From Yuukianura sp. NJ FZ-2021 (lineage: Eukaryota): DNA of 64,000 nucleotides. The DNA is taken from positions 434,001 to 498,000 of the forward strand of contig JAJCTO010000009.1 in the NCBI GenBank assembly GCA_046563655.1. Reading direction: 5' to 3'. Both the position numbers and the translations under genes were made by a program. The notes under the pieces were generated by a model. It saw nothing but the letters and a program-made list of their open reading frames with translations. It was not told where the DNA came from and searched no databases. Shown here piece by piece: positions 41,101-55,935 of the stretch (its first letter is position 1; the number at the start of each line of letters is the position of its first letter).

Positions 41101-44100
41101 ACGGGGTTATGAACTGCTCGGCACTATTTTCTGTTATCGTCAAAGGAAGATTATCGGTACAACGTATTTTACCACAGAGAAATCCCCGCTGCTACAAGTG
41201 GCAGCTCTGACTGACATGCAAACTTATAGTAGCCACCATAGCCTCCATGAGAAGGAGCAAACAGATATTTTGGAAGCAATCTTGTACTAGAGAACGGTTT
41301 GATCAACAAAATGTGTAATGTCTACTCATTTTCGAAAATTTGTTGAATTAGAAACGGGGTTATGAACTGCTCGGCACTATTTTCTGTTATCGTCAAAGGA
41401 AGATTATCGGTACAACGTATTTTACCACAGAGAAATCCCCGCTGCTACAAGTGGCAGCTCTGACTGACATGCAAACTTATAGTAGCCACCATAGCCTCCA
41501 TGAGAAGGAGCAAACAGATATTTTGAAAGCATTCTTGTACAAGAGAACGGTGTGATCAACAAAATGTGTAATTTCCACTCATTTTCGAAAATTTGTTGAA
41601 TTATAAACGGGGTTATGAACTGCTCGGCACTATTTTCTGTTATCGTCAAAGGAAGATTATCGGTACAACGTATTTTACCACAGAGAAATCCCCGCTGCTA
41701 CAAGTGGCAGCTCTGACTGACACGCAAACTTATAGTAGCCACCATAGCCTCCATGAGAAGGAGCAAACAGATATTTTGGAAGCAATCTTGTACTAGAGAA
41801 CGGTGTGATCAACAAAATGTGTAATGTCTACTCATTTTCCAAAATTTGTTGAATTAGAAACGGGGTTATGAACTGCTCGGCACTATTTTCTGTTATCGTC
41901 AAAGGAAGATTATCGGTACAACGTATTTTACCACAGAGAAATCCCCGCTGCTACAAGTGGCAGCTCTGACTGACATACAAACTTATAGAAGCCACCATAG
42001 CCTCCATGAGAAGGAGCAAACAGATATTTTGGAAGCAATCTTGTACTAGAGAACGGTGTGATCAACAAAATGTGTAATTTCCACTCATTTTCGAAAATTT
42101 GTTGAATTATAAACGGGGTTATGAACTGCTCGGCACTATTTTCTGTTATCGTCAAAGGAAGATTATCGGTACAACGTATTTTACCACAGAGAAATCCCCG
42201 CTGCTACAAGTGGCAGCTCTGACTGACATGCAAACTTATAGTAGCCACCATAGCCTCCATGAGAAGGAGCAAACAGATATTTTGAAAGCAATCTTGTACT
42301 AGAGAACGGTGTGATCAACAAAATGTGTAATGTCTACTCATTTTCGAAAATTTGTTGAATTAGAAACGGGGTTATGAACTGCTCGGCACTATTTTCTGTT
42401 ATCGTCAAAGGAAGATTATCGGTACAACGTATTTTACCACAGAGAAATCCCCGCTGCTACAAGTGGCAGCTCTGACTGACATACAAACTTATAGAAGTCA
42501 CCATAGCCTCCATGAGAAGGAGCAAACAGATATTTTGGAAGCAATCTTGTACTAGAGAACGGTTTGATCAACAAAATGTGTAATGTCTACTCATTTTCGA
42601 AAATTTGTTGAATTAGAAACGGGGTTATGAACTGCTCGGCACTATTTTCTGTTATCGTCAAAGGAAGATTATCGGTACAACGTATTTTACCACAGAGAAA
42701 TCCCCGCTGCTACAAGTGGCAGCTCTGACTGACATACAAACTTATAGAAGCCACCATAGCCTCCATGAGAAGGAGCAAACAGATATTTTGGAAGCAATCT
42801 TGTACTAGAGAACGGTGTGATCAACAAAATGTGTAATTTCCACTCATTTTCGAAAATTTGTTGAATTATAAACGGGGTTATGAACTGCTCGGCACTATTT
42901 TCTGTTATCGTCAAAGGAAGATTATCGGTACAACGTATTTTACCACAGAGAAATCCCCGCTGCTACAAGTGGCAGCTCTGACTGACATGCAAACTTATAG
43001 TAGCCACCATAGCCTCCATGAGAAGGAGCAAACAGATATTTTGAAAGCAATCTTGTACTAGAGAACGGTGTGATCAACAAAATGTGTAATTTCCACTCAT
43101 TTTCGAAAATTTGTTGAATTATAAACGGGGTTATGAACTGCTCGGCACTATTTTCTGTTATCGTCATAGGAAGATTATCGGTACAACGTATTTTACCACA
43201 GAGAAATCCCCGCTGCTACAAGTGGCAGCTCTGACTGACATGCAAACTTATAGTAGCCACCATAGCCTCCATGAGAAGGAGCAAACAGATATTTTGAAAG
43301 CATTCTTGTACTAGAGAACGGTGTGATCAACAAAATGTGTAATTTCCACTCATTTTCGAAAATTTGTTGAATTATAAACGGGGTTATGAACTGCTCGGCA
43401 CTATTTTCTGTTATCGTCAAAGGAAGATTATCGGTACAACGTATTTTACCACAGAGAAATCCCCGCTGCTACAAGTGGCAGCTCTGACTGACATGCAAAC
43501 TTATAGTAGCCACCATAGCCTCCATGAGAAGGAGCAAACAGATATTTTGGAAGCAATCTTGTACTAGAGAACGGTTTGATCAACAAAATGTGTAATGTCT
43601 ACTCATTTTCGAAAATTTGTTGAATTAGAAACGGGGTTATGAACTGCTCGGCACTATTTTCTGTTATCGTCAAAGGAAGATTATCGGTACAACGTATTTT
43701 ACCACAGAGAAATCCCCGCTGCTACAAGTGGCAGCTCTGACTGACATACAAACTTATAGAAGTCACCATAGCCTCCATGAGAAGGAGCAAACAGATATTT
43801 TGGAAGCAATCTTGTACTAGAGAACGGTTTGATCAACAAAATGTGTAATGTCTACTCATTTTCGAAAATTTGTTGAATTAGAAACGGGGTTATGAACTGC
43901 TCGGCACTATTTTCTGTTATCGTCAAAGGAAGATTATCGGTACAACGTATTTTACCACAGAGAAATCCCCGCTGCTACAAGTGGCAGCTCTGACTGACAT
44001 ACAAACTTATAGAAGCCACCATAGCCTCCATGAGAAGGAGCAAACAGATATTTTGGAAGCAATCTTGTACTAGAGAACGGTGTGATCAACAAAATGTGTA

Positions 44101-47100
44101 ATTTCCACTCATTTTCGAAAATTTGTTGAATTATAAACGGGGTTATGAACTGCTCGGCACTATTTTCTGTTATCGTCAAAGGAAGATTATCGGTACAACG
44201 TATTTTACCACAGAGAAATCCCCGCTGCTACAAGTGGCAGCTCTGACTGACATACAAACTTATAGAAGCCACCATAGCCTCCATGAGAAGGAGCAAACAG
44301 ATATTTTGGAAGCAATCTTGTACTAGAGAACGGTGTGATCAACAAAATGTGTAATTTCCACTCATTTTCGAAAATTTGTTGAATTATAAACGGGGTTATG
44401 AACTGCTCGGCACTATTTTCTGTTATCGTCAAAGGAAGATTATCGGTACAACGTATTTTACCACAGAGAAATCCCCGCTGCTACAAGTGGCAGCTCTGAC
44501 TGACATGCAAACTTATAGTAGCCACCATACCCTCCATGAGAAGGAGCAAACAGATATTTTGAAAGCAATCTTGTACTAGAGAACGGTGTGATCAACAAAA
44601 TGTGTAATGTCTACTCATTTTCGAAAATTTGTTGAATTAGAAACGGGGTTATGAACTGCTCGGCACTATTTTCTGTTATCGTCAAAGGAAGATTATCGGT
44701 ACAACGTATTTTACCACAGAGAAATCCCCGCTGCTACAAGTGGCAGCTCTGACTGACATACAAACTTATAGTAGCCACCATAGCCTCCATGAGAAGGAGC
44801 AAACAGATATTTTGGAAGCAATCTTGTACTAGACAACGGTGTGATCAACAAAATGTGTAATGTCTACTCATTTTCCAAAATTTGTTGAATTAGAAACGGG
44901 GTTATGAACTGCTCGGCACTATTTTCTGTTATCGTCAAAGGAAGATTATCGGTACAACGTATTTTACCACAGAGAAATCCCCGCTGCTACAAGTGGCAGC
45001 TCTGACTGACATACAAACTTATAGTAGCCACCATAGCCTCCATGAGAAGGAGCAAACAGATATTTTGGAAGCAATCTTGTACTAGAGAACGGTGTGATCA
45101 ACAAAATGTGTAATTTCCACTCATTTTCGAAAATTTGTTGAATTATAAACGGGGTTATGAACTGCTCGGCACTATTTTCTGTTATCGTCAAAGGAAGATT
45201 ATCGGTACAACGTATTTTACCACAGAGAAATCCCCGCTGCTACAAGTGGCAGCTCTGACTGACATGCAAACTTATAGTAGCCACCATAGCCTCCATGAGA
45301 AGGAGCAAACAGATATTTTGAAAGCAATCTTGTACTAGAGAACGGTGTGATCAACAAAATGTGTAATTTCCACTCATTTTCGAAAATTTGTTGAATTATA
45401 AACGGGGTTATGAACTGCTCGGCACTATTTTCTGTTATCGTCAAAGGAAGATTATCGGTACAACGTATTTTACCACAGAGAAATCCCCGCTGCTACAAGT
45501 GGCAGCTCTGACTGACATGCAAACTTATAGTAGCCACCATAGCCTCCATGAGAAGGAGCAAACAGATATTTTGAAAGCATTCTTGTACTAGAGAACGGTG
45601 TGATCAACAAAATGTGTAATTTCCACTCATTTTCGAAAATTTGTTGAATTATAAACGGGGTTATGAACTGCTCGGCACTATTTTCTGTTATCGTCAAAGG
45701 AAGATTATCGGTACAACGTATTTTACCACAGAGAAATCCCCGCTGCTACAAGTGGCAGCTCTGACTGACATGCAAACTTATAGTAGCCACCATAGCCTCC
45801 ATGAGAAGGAGCAAACAGATATTTTGGAAGCAATCTTGTACTAGAGAACGGTTTGATCAACAAAATGTGTAATGTCTACTCATTTTCGAAAATTTGTTGA
45901 ATTAGAAACGGGGTTATGAACTGCTCGGCACTATTTTCTGTTATCGTCGAAGGAAGATTATCGGTACAACGTATTTTACCGCAGAGAAATCCCCGCTGCT
46001 ACAAGTGGCAGCTCTGACTGACATACAAACTTATAGTAGCCACCATTGCCTCCATGAGAAGGAGCAAACAGATATTTTGAAAGCATTCTTGTATAAGAGA
46101 ACGGTGTGATCAACAAAATGTGTAATTTCCACTCATTTTCGAAAATTTGTTGAATTATAAACAGGGTTATGAACTGCTCGGCACTATTTTCTGTTATCGT
46201 CAAAGGAAGATTATCGGTACAACGTATTTTACCACAGAGAAATCCCCGCTGCTACAAGTGGCAGCTCTGACTGACATGCAAACTTATAGTAGCCACCATA
46301 GCCTCCATGAGAAGGAGCAAACAGATATTTTGAAAGCAATCTTGTACTAGAGAACGGTGTGATCAACAAAATGTGTAATGTCTACTCATTTTCGAAAATT
46401 TGTTGAATTAGAAACGGGGTTATGAACTGCTCGGCACTATTTTCTGTTATCGTCAAAGGAAGATTATCGGTACAACGTATTTTACCACAGAGAAATCCCC
46501 GCTGCTACAAGTGGCAGCTCTGACTGACATACAAACTTATAGTAGCCACCATTGCCTCCATGAGAAGGAGCAAACAGATATTTTGGAAGCAATCTTGTAC
46601 TAGAGAACGGTGTGATCAACAAAATGTGTAATTTCTACTCATTTCCGAAAATTTGTTGAATTATAAACGGGGTTATGAACTGCTCGGCACTATTTTCTGT
46701 TATCGTCAAAGGAAGATTATCGGTACAACGTATTTTACCACAGAGAAATCCCCGCTGCTACAAGTGGCAGCTCTGACTGACATGCAAACTTATAGTAGCC
46801 ACCATAGCCTCCATGAGAAGGAGCAAACAGATATTTTGAAAGCAATCTTGTACTAGAGAACGGTTTGATCAACAAAATGTGTAATGTCTACTCATTTTCG
46901 AAAATTTGTTGAATTAGAAACGGGGTTATGAACTGCTCGGCACTATTTTCTGTTATCGTCAAAGGAAGATTATCGGTACAACGTATTTTACCACAGAGAA
47001 ATCCCCCGCTGCTACAAGTGGCAGCTCTGACTGACATACAAACTTATAGAAGTCACCATAGCCTCCATGAGAAGGAGCAAACAGATATTTTGGAAGCAAT

Positions 47101-50100
47101 CTTGTACTAGAGAACGGTTTGATCAACAAAATGTGTAATGTCTACTCATTTTCGAAAATTTGTTGAATTAGAAACGGGGTTATGAACTGCTCGGCACTAT
47201 TTTCTGTTATCGTCAAAGGAAGATTATCGGTACAACGTATTTTACCACAGAGAAATCCCCGCTGCTACAAGTGGCAGCTCTGACTGACATACAAACTTAT
47301 AGTAGCCACCATAGCCTCCATGAGAAGGAGCAAACAGATATTTTGGAAGCAATCTTGTACTAGAGAACGGTGTGATCAACAAAATGTGTAATTTCCACTC
47401 ATTTTCGAAAATTTGTTGAATTATAAACGGGGTTATGAACTGCTCGGCACTATTTTCTGTTATCGTCAAAGGAAGATTATCGGTACAACGTATTTTACCA
47501 CAGAGAAATCCCCGCTGCTACAAGTGGCAGCTCTGACTGACATGCAAACTTATAGTAGCCACCATAGCCTCCATGAGAAGGAGCAAACAGATATTTTGAA
47601 AGCAATCTTGTACTAGAGAACGGTGCGATCAACAAAATGTGTAATTTCCACTCATTTTCGAAAATTTGTTGAATTATAAACGGGGTTATGAACTGCTCGG
47701 CACTATTTTCTGTTATCGTCAAAGGAAGATTATCGGTACAACGTATTTTACCACAGAGAAATCCCCGCTGCTACAAGTGGCAGCTCTGACTGACATGCAA
47801 ACTTATAGTAGCCACCATAGCCTCCATGAGAAGGAGCAAACAGATATTTTGAAAGCAATCTTGTACAAGAGAACGGTGTGATCAACAAAATGTGTAATTT
47901 CCACTCATTTTCGAAAATTTGTTGAATTATAAACGGGGTTATGAACTGCTCGGCACTATTTTCTGTTATCGTCAAAGGAAGATTATCGGTACAACGTATT
48001 TTACCACAGAGAAATCCCCGCTGCTACAAGTGGCAGCTCTGACTGACACGCAAACTTATAGTAGCCACCATAGCCTCCATGAGAAGGAGCAAACAGATAT
48101 TTTGGAAGCAATCTTGTACTAGAGAACGGTGTGATCAACAAAATGTGTAATGTCTACTCATTTTCCAAAATTTGTTGAATTAGAAACGGGGTTATGAACT
48201 GCTCGGCACTCTTTTCTGTTATCGTCGAAGGAAGATTATCGGTACAACGTATTTTACCACAGAGAAATCCCCGCTGCTACAAGTGGCAGCTCTGACTGAC
48301 ATACAAACTTATAGTAGCCACCATAGCCTCCATGAGAAGGAGCAAACAGATATTTTGAAAGCAATCTTGTACTAGAGAACGGTGTGATCAACAAAATGTG
48401 TAATTTCCACTCATTTTCGAAAATTTGTTGAATTATAAACGGGGTTATGAACTGCTCGGCACTATTTTCTGTTATCGTCAAAGGAAGATTATCGGTACAA
48501 CGTATTTTACCACAGAGAAATCCCCGCTGCTACAAGTGGCAGCTCTGACTGACATGCAAACTTATAGTAGCCACCATAGCCTCCATGAGAAGGAGCAAAC
48601 AGATATTTTGGAAGCAATCTTGTACTAGAGAACGGTTTGATCAACAAAATGTGTAATGTCTACTCATTTTCGAAAATTTGTTGAATTAGAAACGGGGTTA
48701 TGAACTGCTCGGCACTATTTTCTGTTATCGTCAAAGGAAGATTATCGGTACAACGTATTTTACCACAGAGAAATCCCCGCTGCTACAAGTGGCAGCTCTG
48801 ACTGACATACAAACTTATAGAAGCCACCATAGCCTCCATGAGAAGGAGCAAACAGATATTTTGGAAGCAATCTTGTACTAGACAACGGTGTGATCAACAA
48901 AATGTGTAATGTCTACTCATTTTCCAAAATTTGTTGAATTAGAAACGGGGTTATGAACTGCTCGGCACTCTTTTCTGTTATCGTCGAGGGAAGATTATCG
49001 GTACAACGTATTTTACCACAGAGAAATCCCCGCTGCTACAAGTGGCAGCTCTGACTGACACGCAAACTTATAGTAGCCACCATAGCCTCCATGAGAAGGA
49101 GCAAACAGATATTTTGAAAGCAATCTTGTACTAGAGAACGGTGTGATCAACAAAATGTGTAATGTCTACTCATTTTCGAAAATTTGTTGAATTAGAAACG
49201 GGGTTATGAACTGCTCGGCACTATTTTCTGTTATCGTCAAAGGAAGATTATCGGTACAACGTATTTTACCACAGAGAAATCCCCGCTGCTACAAGTGGCA
49301 GCTCTGACTGACATACAAACTTATAGTAGCCACCATTGCCTCCATGAGAAGGAGCAAACAGATATTTTGAAAGCATTCTTGTACAAGAGAACGGTGTGAT
49401 CAACAAAATGTGTAATTTCCACTCATTTTCGAAAATTTGTTGAATTATAAACGGGGTTATGAACTGCTCGGCACTATTTTCTGTTATCGTCAAAGGAAGA
49501 TTATCGGTACAACGTATTTTACCACAGAGAAATCCCCGCTGCTACAAGTGGCAGCTCTGACTGACATGCAAACTTATAGTAGCCACCATAGCCTCCATGA
49601 GAAGGAGCAAACAGATATTTTGAAAGCAATCTTGTACTAGAGAACGGTGTGATCAACAAAATGTGTAATTTCCACTCATTTTCGAAAATTTGTTGAATTA
49701 TAAACGGGGTTATGAACTGCTCGGCACTATTTTCTGTTATCGTCAAAGGAAGATTATCGGTACAACGTATTTTACCACAGAGAAATCCCCGCTGCTACAA
49801 GTGGCAGCTCTGACTGACATGCAAACTTATAGTAGCCACCATAGCCTCCATGAGAAGGAGCAAACAGATATTTTGAAAGCAATCTTGTACTAGAGAACGG
49901 TGTGATCAACAAAATGTGTAATTTCCACTCATTTTCGAAAATTTGTTGAATTATAAACGGGGTTATGAACTGCTCGGCACTATTTTCTGTTATCGTCAAA
50001 GGAAGATTATCGGTACAACGTATTTTACCACAGAGAAATCCCCGCTGCTACAAGTGGCAGCTCTGACTGACATGCAAACTTATAGTAGCCACCATAGCCT

Positions 50101-53100
50101 CCATGAGAAGGAGCAAACAGATATTTTGAAAGCATTCTTGTACTAGAGAACGGTGTGATCAACAAAATGTGTAATTTCCACTCATTTTCGAAAATTTGTT
50201 GAATTATAAACGGGGTTATGAACTGCTCGGCACTATTTTCTGTTATCGTCAAAGGAAGATTATCGGTACAACGTATTTTACCACAGAGAAATCCCCGCTG
50301 CTACAAGTGGCAGCTCTGACTGACATGCAAACTTATAGTAGCCACCATAGCCTCCATGAGAAGGAGCAAACAGATATTTTGGAAGCAATCTTGTACTAGA
50401 GAACGGTTTGATCAACAAAATGTGTAATGTCTACTCATTTTCGAAAATTTGTTGAATTAGAAACGGGGTTATGAACTGCTCGGCACTATTTTCTGTTATC
50501 GTCAAAGGAAGATTATCGGTACAACGTATTTTACCACAGAGAAATCCCCGCTGCTACAAGTGGCAGCTCTGACTGACATACAAACTTATAGTAGCCACCA
50601 TTGCCTCCATGAGAAGGAGCAAACAGATATTTTGAAAGCATTCTTGTACAAGAGAACGGTGTGATCAACAAAATGTGTAATTTCCACTCATTTTCGAAAA
50701 TTTGTTGAATTATAAACGGGGTTATGAACTGCTCGGCACTATTTTCTGTTATCGTCAAAGGAAGATTATCGGTACAACGTATTTTACCACAGAGAAATCC
50801 CCGCTGCTACAAGTGGCAGCTCTGACTGACATGCAAACTTATAGTAGCCACCATAGCCTCCATGAGAAGGAGCAAACAGATATTTTGCAAGCAATCTTGT
50901 ACTAGAGAACGGTTTGATCAACAAAATGTGTAATGTCTACTCATTTTCGAAAATTTGTTGAATTAGAAACGGGGTTATGAACTGCTCGGCACTATTTTCT
51001 GTTATCGTCAAAGGAAGATTATCGGTACAACGTATTTTACCACAGAGAAATCCCCGCTGCTACAAGTGGCAGCTCTGACTGACATACAAACTTATAGAAG
51101 CCACCATAGCCTCCATGAGAAGGAGCAAACAGATATTTTGGAAGCAATCTTGTACTAGACAACGGTGTGATCAACAAAATGTGTAATTTCTACACATTTT
51201 CGAAAATTTGTTGAATTATAAACGGGGTTATGAACTGCTCGGCACTCTTTTCTGTTATCGTCAAAGGAAGATTATCGGTACAACGTATTTTACCACAGAG
51301 AAATCCCCGCTGCTACAAGTGGCAGCTCTGACTGACATGCAAACTTATAGTAGGCACCATAGCCTCCGTGAGAAGGAGCAAACAGATATTTTGAAAGCAA
51401 TCTTGTACTAGAGAACGGTTTGATCAACAAAATGTGTAATGTCTACTCATTTTCGAAAATTTGTTGAATTAGAAACGGGGTTATGAACTGCTCGGCACTA
51501 TTTTCTGTTATCGTCAAAGGAAGATTATCGGTACAACGTATTTTACCACAGAGAAATCCCCGCTGCTACAAGTGGCAGCTCTGACTGACATACAAACTTA
51601 TAGAAGCCACCATAGCCTCCATGAGAAGGAGCAAACAGATATTTTGGAAGCAATCTTGTAGTAGAGAACGGTGTGATCAACAAAATGTGTAATGTCTACT
51701 CATTTTCGATTTGTTGAATTATAAACGGGGTTATGAACTGCTCGGCACTCTTTCCTGTTATCGTCGATGGAAGATTATCGGTACAACGTATTTTACCACA
51801 GAGAAATCCCCGCTGCTACAAGTGGCAGCTCTGACTGACATGCAAACTTATAGTAGCCACCATACCCTCCATGAGAAGGAGCAAACAGATATTTTGAAAG
51901 CAATCTTGTACTAGAGAACGGTGTGATCAACAAAATGTGTAATGTCTACTCATTTTCGAAAATTTGTTGAATTAGAAACGGGGTTATGAACTGCTCGGCA
52001 CTATTTTCTGTTATCGTCAAAGGAAGATTATCGGTACAACGTATTTTACCACAGAGAAACCCCGCTGCTACAAGTGGCAGCTCTGACTGACATACAAACT
52101 TATAGAAGTCACCATAGCCTCCATGAGAAGGAGCAAACAGATATTTTGGAAGCAATCTTGTACTAGAGAACGGTTTGATCAACAAAATGTGTAATGTCTA
52201 CTCATTTTCGAAAATTTGTTGAATTAGAAACGGGGTTATGAACTGCTCGGCACTATTTTCTGTTATCGTCAAAGGAAGATTATCGGTACAACGTATTTTA
52301 CCACAGAGAAATCCCCGCTGCTACAAGTGGCAGCTCTGACTGACATACAAACTTATAGAAGCCACCATAGCCTCCATGAGAAGGAGCAAACAGATATTTT
52401 GGAAGCAATCTTGTACTAGAGAACGGTGTGATCAACAAAATGTGTAATTTCCACTCATTTTCGAAAATTTGTTGAATTATAAACGGGGTTATGAACTGCT
52501 CGGCACTATTTTCTGTTATCGTCAAAGGAAGATTATCGGTACAACGTATTTTACCACAGAGAAATCCCCGCTGCTACAAGTGGCAGCTCTGACTGACACG
52601 CAAACTTATAGTAGCCACCATAGCCTCCATGAGAAGGAGCAAACAGATATTTTGGAAGCAATCTTGTACTAGAGAACGGTGTGATCAACAAAATGTGTAA
52701 TTTCCACTCATTTTCGAAAATTTGTTGAATTATAAACGGGGTTATGAACTGCTCGGCACTATTTTCTGTTATCGTCAAAGGAAGATTATCGGTACAACGT
52801 ATTTTACCACAGAGAAATCCCCGCTGCTACAAGTGGCAGCTCTGACTGACATACAAACTTATAGAAGCCACCATAGCCTCCATGAGAAGGAGCAAACAGA
52901 TATTTTGGAAGCAATCTTGTACTAGAGAACGGTGTGATCAACAAAATGTGTAATTTCCACTCATTTTCGAAAATTTGTTGAATTATAAACGGGGTTATGA
53001 ACTGCTCGGCACTATTTTCTATTATCGTCAAAGGAAGATTATCGGTACAACGTATTTTACCACAGAGAAATCCCCGCTGCTACAAGTGGCAGCTCTGACT

Positions 53101-55935
53101 GACATGCAAACTTATAGTAGGCACCATAGCCTCCGTGAGAAGGAGCAAACAGATATTTTGAAAGCAATCTGGTACTAGAGAACGGTGTGATCAACAAAAT
53201 GTGTAATTTCTACTCATTTCCGAAAATTTGTTGAATTATAAACAGCGCTATGAACTGCTCGGCACTCTTTCCTGTTATCGTCGATGGAAGATTATCGGTA
53301 CAACGTATTTTACCACAGAGAAATCCCCGCTGCTACAAGTGGCACCTCTGAATGACATGCAAACTTATAGTAGGCACCATAGCCTCCGTGAGAAGGAGCA
53401 AACAGATATTTTGAAAGCAATCTTGTACTAGAGAACGGTTTGATCAACAAAATGTGTAATGTCTACTCATTTTCGAAAATTTGTTGAATTAGAAACGGGG
53501 TTATGAACTGCTCGGCACTATTTTCTGTTATCGTCAAAGGAAGATTATCGGTACAACGTATTTTACCACAGAGAAATCCCCGCTGCTACAAGTGGCAGCT
53601 CTGACTGACATACAAACTTATAGAAGCCACCATAGCCTCCATGAGACGGAGCAAACAGATATTTTGGAAGCAATCTTGTACTAGAGAACGGTGTGATCAA
53701 CAAAATGTGTAATTTCTACTCATTTCCGAAAATTTGTTGAATTATAAACAGCGCTATGAACTGCTCGGCACTCTTTCCTGTTATCGTCGATGGAAGATTA
53801 TCGGTACAACGTATTTTACCACAGAGAAATCCCCGCTGCTACAAGTGGCAGCTCTGAATGACATGCAAACTTATAGTAGGCACCATAGCCTCCGTGAGAA
53901 GGAGCAAACAGATATTTTGAAAGCAATCTTGTACTAGAGAACGGTGTGATCAACAAAATGTGTAATGTCTACTCATTTTCGAAAATTTGTTGAATTAGAA
54001 ACGGGGTTATGAACTGCTCGGCACTATTTTCTGTTATCGTCAAAGGAAGATTATCGGTACAACGTATTTTACCACAGAGAAACCCCGCTGCTACAAGTGG
54101 CAGCTCTGACTGACATACAAACTTATAGAAGTCACCATAGCCTCCATGAGAAGGAGCAAACAGATATTTTGGAAGCAATCTTGTACTAGAGAACGGTTTG
54201 ATCAACAAAATGTGTAATGTCTACTCATTTTCGAAAATTTGTTGAATTAGAAACGGGGTTATGAACTGCTCGGCACTATTTTCTGTTATCGTCAAAGGAA
54301 GATTATCGGTACAACGTATTTTACCACAGAGAAACCCCGCTGCTACAAGTGGCAGCTCTGACTGACATACAAACTTATAGAAGTCACCATAGCCTCCATG
54401 AGAAGGAGCAAACAGATATTTTGGAAGCAATCTTGTACTAGAGAACGGTGTGATCAACAAAATGTGTAATTTCCACTCATTTTCGAAAATTTGTTGAATT
54501 ATAAACGGGGTTATGAACTGCTCGGCACTATTTTCTATTATCGTCAAAGGAAGATTATCGGTACAACGTATTTTACCACAGAGAAATCCCCGCTGCTACA
54601 AGTGGCAGCTCTGACTGACATGCAAACTTATAGTAGCCACCATAGCATCCATGAGAAGGAGCAAACAGATATTTTGGAAGCAATCTTGTACTAGAGAACG
54701 GTGTGATCAACAAAATGTGTAATTTCCACTCATTTTCGAAAATTTGTTGAATTATAAACGGGGTTATGAACTGCTCGGCACTATTTTCTATTATCGTCAA
54801 AGGAAGATTATCGGTACAACGTATTTTACCACAGAGAAATCCCCGCTGCTACAAGTGGCAGCTCTGACTGACATACAAACTTGTAGAAGCCACCATAGCC
54901 TCCATGAGAAGGAGCAAACAGATATTTTGGAAGCAATCTTGTACTAGAGAACGGTGTGATCAACAAAATGTGTAATTTCCACTCATTTTCGAAAATTTGT
55001 TGAATTATAAACGGGGTTATGAACTGCTCGGCACTATTTTCTATTATCGTCAAAGGAAGATTATCGGTACAACGTATTTTACCACAGAGAAATCCCCGCT
55101 GCTACAAGTGGCAGCTCTGACTGACATGCAAACTTATAGTAGCCACCATAGCCTCCGTGAGAAGGAGCAAACAGATATTTTGAAAGCAATCTTGTACTAG
55201 AGAACGGTGTGATCAACAAAATGTGTAATGTCTACTCATTTTCGAAAATTTGTTCAATTAGAAGCGTGGTTATGAACAGCTCGGCACTATTTTCTGTTAT
55301 CGTCGAAGGAAGATTATCGGTACAACGTATTTTACCGCAGAGAAATCCACGCTGCTACAAGTGGCAGCTCTGACTGACATACAAACTTATAGTAGCCACC
55401 ATTGCCTCCATGAGAAGGAGCAAACAGATATTTTGAAAGCATTCTTGTACAAGAGAACGGTCTGATCAACAAAATGTGTAATTTCCACTCATTTTCGAAA
55501 ATTTGTTGAATTATAAACGGGGTTATGAACTGCTCGGCACTATTTTCTATTATCGTCAAAGGAAGATTATCGGTACAACGTATTTTACCACAGAGAAATC
55601 CCCGCTGCTACAAGTGGCAGCTCTGACTGACATGCAAACTTATAGTAGCCACCATAGCCTCCATGAGAAGGAGCAAACAGATATTTTGAAAGCATTCTTG
55701 TACAAGAGAACGGTGTGATCAACAAAATGTGTAATTTCCACTCATTTTCGAAAATTTGTTGAATTATAAACGGGGTTATGAACTGCTCGGCACTATTTTC
55801 TGTTATCGTCAAAGGAAGATTAACGGTACAACGTATTTTACCACAGAGAAACCCCGCTGCTACAAGTGGCAGCTCTGACTGACATACAAACTTATAGAAG
55901 TCACCATAGCCTCCATGAGAAGGAGCAAACAGATA
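8130..55935. repeat. 253-bp tandem satellite array, ~189 head-to-tail copies (candidate centromeric/pericentromeric satellite)
   Basis: Period 253 throughout with a limited set of recurring substitutions. Starts at TGAATTATAAACGGGG and ends mid-monomer at ...GAGCAAACAGATA. Confidence 0.99.

Noticed and set aside
8130..55935. CRISPR-like array
   Set aside because: No unique spacers (whole monomers repeat), no cas genes, eukaryotic context.
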